A stretch of 42,693 nt of DNA, taken from Candidatus Brocadiia bacterium. GTDB lineage: Bacteria > Planctomycetota > MHYJ01 > JACQXL01 > JACQZI01. The DNA lies in NCBI GenBank assembly GCA_020051675.1, contig JAGVQN010000103.1, positions 1 through 42,693 of the forward strand, read 5' to 3'. The notes beneath the pieces are model-generated. The model ran no database searches and was not told the origin of the DNA. It worked only from the letters and a program-made list of their open reading frames with translations. Shown here one piece after another: positions 35,478-42,500 of the stretch. The translations under genes and the position numbers were made by a program. The stretch's first letter is position 1; each line of letters begins with the position of its first letter.

Positions 35478-35752
35478 TGAGTTACGCTCTTTCCTACCAT
35501 CCTGATATTCATAAAGAAGACCTGCCCAACATTCCGAGAAACATGCAAACCAGGATTCGTAACGCGATACAAGAACGGTTATTAAATGACCCGTTAAAAT
35601 ACGGGGAGCCGCTAAAGAGAAGCCTGCAAGGGTACAGGAAATTAAGAGTAGGTGATTACAGGGTGGTTTATCGGCTTGAGAAAGAAAATATCATTATCCT
35701 GAAAATAGGACACAGAAAAGAAGTATACAGTAGAACCCATTTAAGGATTTGA
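35477..35752 (+). CDS. relE: RelE/ParE-family type II toxin
   Basis: 91 aa, with LRVGDYRVVYRLEKENIIILKIGHRKEVY typical of RelE/StbE. Confidence 0.8.
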   Translation: MSYALSYHPDIHKEDLPNIPRNMQTRIRNAIQERLLNDPLKYGEPLKRSLQGYRKLRVGDYRVVYRLEKENIIILKIGHRKEVYSRTHLRI

Positions 35753-35772
35753 AGCGGCGGGGAACGCCTTAA

Positions 35773-35868
35773 GAAGAAGACGGATTTACCGAAAGGCTTT
35801 ATCAGGCGCATAACCGGGCAAGGAATACCATACCGAATCCTGAAAAGCCCAAGGGCGGGATTAAATAA
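35773..35868 (+). pseudogene. 3' fragment (31 codons, no start) of a second four-helix-bundle/suffix-domain gene
   Basis: EEDGFTERLYQAHNRARN... parallels EEGGFTERLYQ(A)RNRARN of the intact gene. DNA 35771-35828 aligns with 34951-34985 plus 35032-35055. Confidence 0.65.
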
Positions 35869-35897
35869 GGGAAATAGATAATAGGAAAGAATACTAA

Positions 35898-36456
35898 ATG
35901 TTAGGAACAAATAGGGTCAAAAAAATCTTAATCTTAAATACTGTATTTTTTATTATTGCGAATTGCCTATGTAATCAAAGAATGGATAATCCACCGGTAG
36001 AAGTCATGAAAATAAAACATAGTTTTGGTGTTTATCTTGTGACAGAAAAAATGGCTCCTATGTGGGAATTGGATACGTTACCATTAGATAAACTTCGGTT
36101 ATCAGCCCCCCCTAATATCTGAAAAAGATATCATCGAATACAACTGGAATGATCAGATAATCAAATTGGTTCCCGGTACGATCGAAAGGTTACCTAAAGG
36201 TCCAGTCGAGCGGCCTTTTGTAGTAGTGGCTGATGCAACCAGGTGTTATTTGGGCGTTTTCTACTCGCAGACATTTTCAAAGAGTCGTTCTATACCAGTA
36301 ATTGTTATACATCCTTTCCCATTAGAGGGATTACAAAAAGACTGTATTCGGATTGATCGGGCATACCCAAGCGATGAGTTCAGCAAAGGTAATGATCATA
36401 GATTAGATAAACGCATTCTAAATTGTCTTGATAAACTGGGAATCCTTGTTAAGTAG
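35898..36456 (+). pseudogene. Gene for a ~186-aa secreted or membrane-anchored protein split by a frameshift in a C7 tract
   Basis: ORFs 35898-36122 and 36166-36456 overlap in open frame across 36088-36122. Deleting one C from the run at 36106-36112 fuses them (...LRLSAP-LISEKDIIEYNWNDQIIKLVPGT...). The N-terminus is hydrophobic and signal-like. Confidence 0.65.
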
Positions 36457-36892
36457 TATCCCCACCATCCCCGATGGCTATCGAGACAAGCTAATCCAAC
36501 CCAATTATTCATCCCCTTTTGGATACTCATTGCCTGCACCGTCCTTAGATTCAGTCCGGGCATTCCCTATCAACAGAGCCGGGTAGATATAGTTTTGGGT
36601 ATAGTGGTCTCCATCTACTCATATAGCCGTAATCACTCCTCCCAATAGCCGGAGCAATTCGCGGACCGGACCGGCGCCGTTCATGCCTATCCTGGGAATA
36701 ATTCGCAGATAGCACTACCTCTTCTCATACTCATAGCCGGGGCGAATCATGGGCAGAGCCGGAGACATTCTTATCTATAGTCAGCGTTAATCATAGGTAT
36801 AATGAGAATGGTTCGTAGGTGGAGTGGTATTCATCATTGAGTAGGGTGGGGGTTATCTGCCGATATACCAGGCGGTATCCTGTCTGGTGATA

Positions 36893-36916
36893 GGGGGGAG
36901 GGTGGGGGGTGGGTGG
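36893..36916 (+). other. Canonical G-quadruplex-forming motif
   Basis: GGGGGGAGGGTGGGGGGTGGGTGG has four or more G runs of at least 3, with 1-nt loops. A further GGGTGGGGG lies at 36844-36852. Confidence 0.7.
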
Positions 36917-37244
36917 ATACACCATCCCTTGTGTTACCAGCAATCCTACCCACTATTAGTTGTGGTCTATTCCCCTATTACCTTTTGGCTATACCCCTAT
37001 TAGTATTATGCTACGGGCCTATTAGTTTCAGGCTACTCTTCTATCATCACTCAACTACCCGGATGGAAGATGCCAGCTACCCTGCTACCACCTAATAGGC
37101 ATACCCCTATTACATCGGAGCTATGCTCCACTCACCCGCTATGGTCGCTGGTAGTGGGTCGTAAGGTAATACCGCCCCCCTTGTTGTAATTCCCTGCACC
37201 GGATTTATCTAACCGGAAAATATGGCGTGTTTTAATAAATACAG

Positions 37245-37273
37245 TTGACAAACGTGGAATCATAGGGTATAGT
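37245..37273 (+). promoter_or_regulatory. sigma70-type promoter TTGACA-17-TATAGT for the 260-aa orphan gene
   Basis: The sequence is ttgacaaacgtggaatcatagggtatagt. A ~100-nt GC-rich leader and the RBS AAGGGAGGA follow. Confidence 0.65.
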
Positions 37274-37381
37274 AATTATGGCGGGGTTGAGCCTGTCTGC
37301 TGGCACAGGCAGGCATGAAGATGCCGCCGTCCCGCCTTGTCGGGATGCGATATATAATTACTAAGAAGGGAGGATACGAAT

Positions 37382-38164
37382 ATGGCAAAGAGGCTGAATA
37401 CCCTGAATATAGTCATTGCGGTGGAGCAGAGCCTGCCCGAGTGGTCGGGAGGCCAGTGGCATGACGGCATGATTACCAACGCCGCCCGGATAAATCTTAA
37501 GCGTAAGAAGAAGATACCTGACCAGCCCCGGTATGAGTCTAAAATCGCCGAGGCGTCGGTCAACGTTTACAAGAACTTCATCGACCCCAACTTTATCAGC
37601 GAGGCAGGGCTGACCAAGAAGGAGATTGTCGCCAAGCACGCCCGTAAAATCTCCGCCGGATTTGAGAAATACAACAAGAATCTTGACCGGGCGTTTGCGG
37701 AAGACGGCAAGATATTCAAACAGCGGATTGCTGATTCGGTCGAGCGCTATGTCAAGAACGCGCAGATTACCATGAGATTGACCGGCGACAAGATACGCGG
37801 CTATGGAGCCTCCGCATTGGTTCCGTTCTGGTTAGTGGCTAACCGGCGGATAGTCCAGCTCCTCGAACACGCGGCTAAAATAGAAGGCGCGCCGGTTAAT
37901 ATCATACAGCCGCTTGAGTTAAGAGGCGCGTTTAAAGCCGGGCTTGAGCCGTTGCTGACCCAAACCGGGCATACCATTATCCGCGCGGAATTCGACCGTG
38001 ACACCATTAACGACCAGAATAAGCTCGTCAATAAATTTATCGCGGGGTTGCAGGACAATAAGTATGCCAAGTTCACGCCGGGCGGCGATTCGCATTGCGA
38101 CTGGGGCGTTGAAGAAAGCGGCGAGTTTTATATTGAAGTCCAGCTATCCGTCGCTACTCCGTAG
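37382..38164 (+). CDS. Hypothetical 260-aa soluble protein, no family recognised
   Basis: Long ORF with a strong RBS and promoter, and no TM or signal peptide. It contains an Rx6H string (RIVQLLEH), but that alone is not diagnostic. Confidence 0.75.
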   Translation: MAKRLNTLNIVIAVEQSLPEWSGGQWHDGMITNAARINLKRKKKIPDQPRYESKIAEASVNVYKNFIDPNFISEAGLTKKEIVAKHARKISAGFEKYNKNLDRAFAEDGKIFKQRIADSVERYVKNAQITMRLTGDKIRGYGASALVPFWLVANRRIVQLLEHAAKIEGAPVNIIQPLELRGAFKAGLEPLLTQTGHTIIRAEFDRDTINDQNKLVNKFIAGLQDNKYAKFTPGGDSHCDWGVEESGEFYIEVQLSVATP

Positions 38165-38210
38165 CTATGGAATAGCGTAGGATAGGTGAGTGAGAAGTGA
38201 ACCAATTTCA

Positions 38211-38255
38211 CCAGTGCGAAGCCTCCCGCGACCAAAGGGAGTAGGGACAGAGAAC
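38211..38255 (+). repeat. Left arm of a ~45-bp inverted repeat
   Basis: ccagtgcgaagcctcccgcgaccaaagggagtagggacagagaac. Its partner lies at 39426-39471 in reverse complement. Confidence 0.85.
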
Positions 38256-38277
38256 ACAAAGAAATTTGTTTCTATAA

Positions 38278-38802
38278 TTATTCAATTATTTTGATATTAA
38301 TGCCATTGGTCCGAAGCCCCCCGCACCAAACACCTTGGTCACCAAAAAAACTATCCTTATTGTAACCATATATTCCTTCAACCCGATAAGTTCCTGGCTC
38401 AAGCTCTATTTTCCAATCTCCCGATTGTTCTCCTTTACCGGTTGGATTAAGCTGTATGGTATATTTTTTGCCTGGTTCAATGGTTCTAAATACAGGACTA
38501 TCGCTAATTCCTCTTTTATAAACTTTGACAAATGATTTCATTTGTTTATCTTGCGCAAATGATAATATATGAAAAAGATATCCTTTGTTTTCCATGCGTT
38601 CAAATATTCTAATCGGTTTATCAGAAATATTCTTGAGAGTAAAATCAATAATGACGTCCTCGCCTTCTTTGTATTCCATTTTATTAGATTTGATAGTGCC
38701 TTCTAATCCATTGGTTGGTTTGCCGGTCTTTGCCGAGGGATTAACGCAACCGATTAAACAGATTATTAACCAGATTATGATTATCCGCTTTCCTGCTCTC
38801 AT
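38278..38802 (-). CDS. Lipoprotein, probably a beta-sandwich, function unknown
   Basis: Signal plus lipobox MRAGKRIIIIWLIICLIGC. AAGGA lies upstream of the ATG. Confidence 0.7.
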   Translation of the reverse strand: MRAGKRIIIIWLIICLIGCVNPSAKTGKPTNGLEGTIKSNKMEYKEGEDVIIDFTLKNISDKPIRIFERMENKGYLFHILSFAQDKQMKSFVKVYKRGISDSPVFRTIEPGKKYTIQLNPTGKGEQSGDWKIELEPGTYRVEGIYGYNKDSFFGDQGVWCGGLRTNGINIKIIE

Positions 38803-38828
38803 GGTTTCCTTATTGTAATTGCGGTTAC

Positions 38829-38857
38829 ATCTTACTTCAAACCGCCTATTAAGTCAA
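38829..38857 (-). promoter_or_regulatory. sigma70-type promoter TTGACT-17-TAAGAT inside repeated intergenic module copy 1
   Basis: The minus strand reads cgcttgacttaataggcggtttgaagtaagat. Confidence 0.5.
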
Positions 38858-38889
38858 GCGATTTTGGGCATTCTCGTTCGGATTTCATC

Positions 38890-39390
38890 TCAACAGCACT
38901 TGCTCCACCAAATAACCTTGTTCTTAAAATCAATCATAATCTTAAGGACGTGACCGGTATAATTCTCCTCGCCAACTCCCCAATCTATAAAGACGTAATA
39001 ACCAAGCCTATTTTTATTGATGGATTTGATTTTATAGATCTTTTTATCATTGTAGATGGTAAAGGCGATTTTATCTCCTATGACCATAGCCTTGTCAGCA
39101 TCCGATAACTCTTCCTTAAAGCTTACTTCTAACCTACCTTCTTTAAAATAGCACTCAGCACCATGGGACTTTTCAGGGATGACAAATCGTTTCCTGCCAA
39201 CTTCTTTAACAAACCAATCGTCGTGTTCTTTATCATCAAATAACGGTGCATCGTCAAATGCAACAATACTTTCAGGTGTTATATTGTAAGTTTCTTGGGT
39301 TTCCTTAACCACTACTTTGCTCGCGCACCCCACCCCCAAAACAGGCACCAATCCTAGTATGAATAAAATTATTGGTTTTCCTGGTCTCAT
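38890..39390 (-). CDS. Lipoprotein, function unknown
   Basis: ATG 39390 gives MRPGKPIILFILGLVPVLGVGC (lipobox). The track ORF extends to a GTG at 39468, but that extension is the inverted-repeat/leader sequence. Confidence 0.7.
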   Translation of the reverse strand: MRPGKPIILFILGLVPVLGVGCASKVVVKETQETYNITPESIVAFDDAPLFDDKEHDDWFVKEVGRKRFVIPEKSHGAECYFKEGRLEVSFKEELSDADKAMVIGDKIAFTIYNDKKIYKIKSINKNRLGYYVFIDWGVGEENYTGHVLKIMIDFKNKVIWWSKCC

Positions 39391-39425
39391 AAAAATCTCG
39401 TAAAAGTCCCTGTTATAATCTCTGA

Positions 39426-39471
39426 GTTCTCTGCCCCTTACTCCCTTTGGTCGTGGGAGGCTTCGCACTGG
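39426..39471 (-). repeat. Right arm of the ~45-bp inverted repeat
   Basis: The reverse complement, ccagtgcgaagcctcccacgaccaaagggagtaaggggcagagaac, differs from the left arm at 3 substitutions plus a 1-nt indel. Confidence 0.85.
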
Positions 39472-39474
39472 CTA

Positions 39475-39502
39475 AGTATATCACTCTTTGGCATTAAGTC
39501 AA
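39475..39502 (-). promoter_or_regulatory. sigma70-type promoter TTGACT-16-TATACT inside repeated intergenic module copy 2
   Basis: The minus strand reads cgcttgacttaatgccaaagagtgatatact. Confidence 0.55.
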
Positions 39503-39606
39503 GCGAATTTTGGCATTGTCATTCGGATTTCACCGCTAAGGCGCAAAGGACGCGGAGGGGATTATTTCTTTTTCAGAATTCGGTACGGCGTTCCAGGAAT
39601 TCTCTG

Positions 39607-39810
39607 CTATTTAATATTCACCAACTGGTCATAAGATAGATGAGGCAGGTCGGCCTGCTGGTTAGCGTGTTCAATGGTCATAGCGACCAGATTCCCGATT
39701 TCATCTAAATCAATATAGATGTTTTCATTTATCTCTTTAGTCTCGGCAACCTTATGGTCGGAAAACTCTACCAGGGCAGTATCGGTATCAGGAAAATATT
39801 TTATTTTCAT
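39607..39810 (-). CDS. DUF2283-family small protein, the antitoxin-like partner of DUF4258
   Basis: MKIKYFPDTDTALVEFSD...IDLDEIGNLVAMTIEHA. Its start overlaps the stop of the upstream pseudogene (ATGA). Confidence 0.6.
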   Translation of the reverse strand: MKIKYFPDTDTALVEFSDHKVAETKEINENIYIDLDEIGNLVAMTIEHANQQADLPHLSYDQLVNIK

Positions 39811-40048
39811 TTTGCATCCTCATTAAAACTTCTATCAAAGAAAGCATTATGGACGGTCATTCCGTCGGGCAGCAGTATTACCCGTAACATCCTTCCGACC
39901 TCTTCTACCCATCCCCATTTCCGGATTCTACCGTCTGCCTGCGCCTTTGTATGTTTAGGGTTTTTGATCGTATCTTCAATCTACTCATCTTTTATTTTAG
40001 CACGGTCAGGCCGTTGCCTGGTATAAAGAAAATACTGAGTAAACTTCA
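39807..40048 (-). pseudogene. Degraded DUF4258-like gene with a frameshift plus an in-frame TAG
   Basis: ATG 40048 gives MKFTQYFLYT and then runs out of frame near 40019-40023. The continuing frame reads RQRPDRAKIKDE*IEDTIKNP...GRMLRVILLPDGMTVHNAFFDRSF. TAG at 39981-39983 sits where the family has Trp (EWIE). Confidence 0.6.
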
Positions 40049-40092
40049 TTGGCTTTTATTTCGGCTTCTTTTAGATATTAAACAGTAAGATA

Positions 40093-40121
40093 TAATTTAT
40101 ATGATAACATGAGAGAAGTCA
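40093..40121 (-). promoter_or_regulatory. sigma70-type promoter (TTGACT, with an AT-rich -10 region) inside repeated intergenic module copy 3
   Basis: The minus strand reads ctcttgacttctctcatgttatcatataaatt. The -10 assignment is ambiguous (TATAAA at 15 nt or TAAATT at 17 nt). Confidence 0.4.
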
Positions 40122-40238
40122 AGAGAAAAATCACGGAGTTTCCCTAATTCGGATTTCACCGCGGAGACGCCGAGGGGGTTATTTTGTTTCTGACGGGGGA
40201 AAGATTTTACCGCAAAGGCGCGAAGGTGGTTAAGTTAA

Positions 40239-40685
40239 TTATTTACCCTTTACAGGAAATTTCTCTAGTATTTTTTTACAATCAGTTATGGCGTTTTGTA
40301 AATAACTTTGGTCTATACTAAAAATAAACGAGTGTTTTTGGGTCAAATTATCAGGCGTTATATCTACAGTCATTTCTATATGTCCAAGTTTTTGGGATTT
40401 CATAGTAACATAAAGCTCTGGTTCTATACATGGAAGTTCAGCCTCACCACTTAATTGTGAATACATCGTTTCAATACCGTTTAATAAAAATACTATGTCT
40501 GTTACTAGAATAATTGGTCCGTTAATCCACACGCTTGCGTTTTTGTCGGCACAGGTAGCTGTAATATATAGCCAATTACCATCATAGTAATCCATTGAAT
40601 CTGGAAACTGGCGCTTATGTATCCAGATTTTTAGTCCAGCTATGGATAAATCTGGTTCCCCTAAATACTCAAATGATTTTTCCAT
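40239..40685 (-). CDS. WapI-like immunity-type protein (orphan)
   Basis: The pattern LKIWIHKRQFPDSMDYYDGNWLYITA...W...PIILVTDIVFLLNGIE...IEPELYV resembles the WapI immunity family as I recall it. No toxin gene is adjacent. Confidence 0.45.
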   Translation of the reverse strand: MEKSFEYLGEPDLSIAGLKIWIHKRQFPDSMDYYDGNWLYITATCADKNASVWINGPIILVTDIVFLLNGIETMYSQLSGEAELPCIEPELYVTMKSQKLGHIEMTVDITPDNLTQKHSFIFSIDQSYLQNAITDCKKILEKFPVKGK

Positions 40686-40693
40686 ATTATGAA

Positions 40694-40722
40694 TATATAC
40701 CCCTTTGTTGGTTTGGTGTCAA
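40694..40722 (-). promoter_or_regulatory. sigma70-type promoter TTGACA-17-TATATA only 8 nt from the ATG
   Basis: The minus strand reads ttgacaccaaaccaacaaaggggtatata, followed by ttcataat and then the ATG at 40685. Confidence 0.55.
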
Positions 40723-40807
40723 GAGATATTTTAGGGATAGTCTTTCGGTAAATTCATACTGTAATAGTTAGTCTGTCCTGCCGTTTTGGTCGCAGAGGCT
40801 TTTTTAT

Positions 40808-40837
40808 TTGACCATTCTTTATTTCTAAGGATATAAT
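40808..40837 (+). promoter_or_regulatory. sigma70-type promoter TTGACC-18-TATAAT for the carboxyltransferase gene
   Basis: The sequence is ttgaccattctttatttctaaggatataat. The ~85-nt leader has possible atacccc / ggggtat closing pairing. Confidence 0.55.
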
Positions 40838-40924
40838 ACCCCCTACGGGGACTCCCAATAATCGGGTGTCCCGAGACGAAGGAACGGGGTATCTTTGTGA
40901 TTTTAGAGAAGGGTTAAACTAGAT

Positions 40925-42469
40925 ATGAAAGATAAAATCAAGATATTCAAAGACAAGCGCGCTGAAGCCATGTTAGGCGGAGGCAAGGACCGCATTAAGA
41001 AACAGCATGAACAGGGCAAATTAATCGCTCGCGAACGCATCGAGCACCTCCTCGATAAAGGCAGTTTCCACGAGCTCGATATGTTCGTGGTCCACCAGTG
41101 CACCCACTTTGGACTGGAAGACAAAAAGTATCCGGGCGACGGAGTAGTCACCGGTTACGGGACGATAGACGGCAGATTGGTTTATGTTTTTTCCCAGGAT
41201 TTCACCGTCTTCGGCGGGGCGCTGGGCGAAGCCTTTGCCAATAAGATATGCAAGGTCATGACCCTGGCAATGAAGGTCGGCGCGCCGGTTATCGGCATCA
41301 ATGATTCAGGCGGCGCGCGCATACAGGAAGGCGTCGTCTCGCTGGGCGGTTACGGTGAAATATTCTTCCGTAATACCATCGCATCAGGAGTGATTCCGCA
41401 GATTTCCGCCATCATGGGACCCTGCGCGGGCGGCGCGGTTTATTCGCCGGCACTCACAGATTTTATCGTCATGACCAAAGGCACTTCCCACATGTTCATT
41501 ACCGGGCCGGAAGTGATTAAGTCCGTGACCAAAGAGGAAGTGAGTTTTGAAAACCTGGGCGGAGCCGATGTCCATATGACCCGCTCCGGCGTGGCCCATT
41601 TCTCAGCCGAGAGCGAGGAAAAAGCGCTTGCTTTCATACGCAAGCTCTTATCTTATATCCCGTCCAATAACATGGAAGACGCTCCTTATGCCAAGCCGGA
41701 AGATAAGCCCAACCGGATGGATAAAGAGATGGCGAGTATTATTCCGGATGATTCAGACAAGCCTTATGATATGAAAAAGGTGATTAAGGCGGTGTTTGAT
41801 GATGGTGAATTCTTAGAGGTGCAGGAAGGCTGGGCGAAGAATATCCTTATCGGTTTCGGAAGATTGAACGGGCACTCGGTGGGCATAGTTGCCAACCAGC
41901 CGAACTTTCTTGCCGGATGCCTTGATATAAACGCATCGGTTAAAGCCGGGCGGTTCGTCCGCTTCTGCGATGCCTTTAATATTCCGCTGGTTACCTTTGT
42001 AGATGTGCCGGGATTTTTGCCGGGGACGGCGCAGGAATACGGCGGCATTATCAGGAACGGCGCGAAACTCCTTTATGCCTATTGCGAGGCGACTGTCCCT
42101 AAGCTGACCGTGATTACCAGGAAGGCTTACGGCGGCGCTTACGACGTTATGTGCAGCAAGCACGTCGGGGCGGATATGAATTTTGCCTGGCCCTCGGCGG
42201 AGATAGCCGTGATGGGACCGTCCGGCGCGGTCAATATTATTTTCAGGAAAGAGATTTCAGAATCCAAGGATAAAGAAGCCACCAGGGAAAAGCTTGTAGC
42301 GGAATACGCGGAGAAGTTTGAGAATCCGTATATCGCCGCCGAACGCGGTTATATTGACGAGGTTATCGAGCCGCAGGAAACCCGGCCCAAGCTGATTGCC
42401 GCCCTGGAAAGCCTGATGAATAAAAGGGAATCCCGTCCGCCCAAAAAGCACGGGAGTATACCTTTATAA
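40925..42469 (+). CDS. Acyl-CoA carboxyltransferase (propionyl-CoA carboxylase beta / methylmalonyl-CoA decarboxylase alpha family)
   Basis: 514 aa, with [28 protein letters not shown] and [14 protein letters not shown]. Confidence 0.9.
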   Translation: MKDKIKIFKDKRAEAMLGGGKDRIKKQHEQGKLIARERIEHLLDKGSFHELDMFVVHQCTHFGLEDKKYPGDGVVTGYGTIDGRLVYVFSQDFTVFGGALGEAFANKICKVMTLAMKVGAPVIGINDSGGARIQEGVVSLGGYGEIFFRNTIASGVIPQISAIMGPCAGGAVYSPALTDFIVMTKGTSHMFITGPEVIKSVTKEEVSFENLGGADVHMTRSGVAHFSAESEEKALAFIRKLLSYIPSNNMEDAPYAKPEDKPNRMDKEMASIIPDDSDKPYDMKKVIKAVFDDGEFLEVQEGWAKNILIGFGRLNGHSVGIVANQPNFLAGCLDINASVKAGRFVRFCDAFNIPLVTFVDVPGFLPGTAQEYGGIIRNGAKLLYAYCEATVPKLTVITRKAYGGAYDVMCSKHVGADMNFAWPSAEIAVMGPSGAVNIIFRKEISESKDKEATREKLVAEYAEKFENPYIAAERGYIDEVIEPQETRPKLIAALESLMNKRESRPPKKHGSIPL

Positions 42470-42500
42470 GATTGAAAGCGTTTAATAAAATGAACAATAA

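Noticed and set aside
36457-37095. Frame continuing after the TAG at 36454, which has only three further stops (two TAG, one TGA) in 213 codons, raising the possibility of stop-codon readthrough or recoding
   Set aside because: The translation is low-complexity and shows no domain-like pattern. Two different stop codons would need recoding. The other genes in the window use TAG and TGA as ordinary stops. The 60-aa ORF at 36913-37095 is part of this and lacks an RBS.
39754-40026. 90-aa plus-strand ORF
   Set aside because: It is antisense to the recognisable DUF4258-like pseudogene and has no RBS. It exists only because the opposite strand was once coding.
38803-40238. Integron-like cassette array with attC sites between small co-oriented genes
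   Set aside because: No integrase is in the window, and I could not find RYYYAAC/GTTRRRY core sites at the element ends. The conserved parts coincide with -35/-10 promoter elements rather than attC-type imperfect palindromes.
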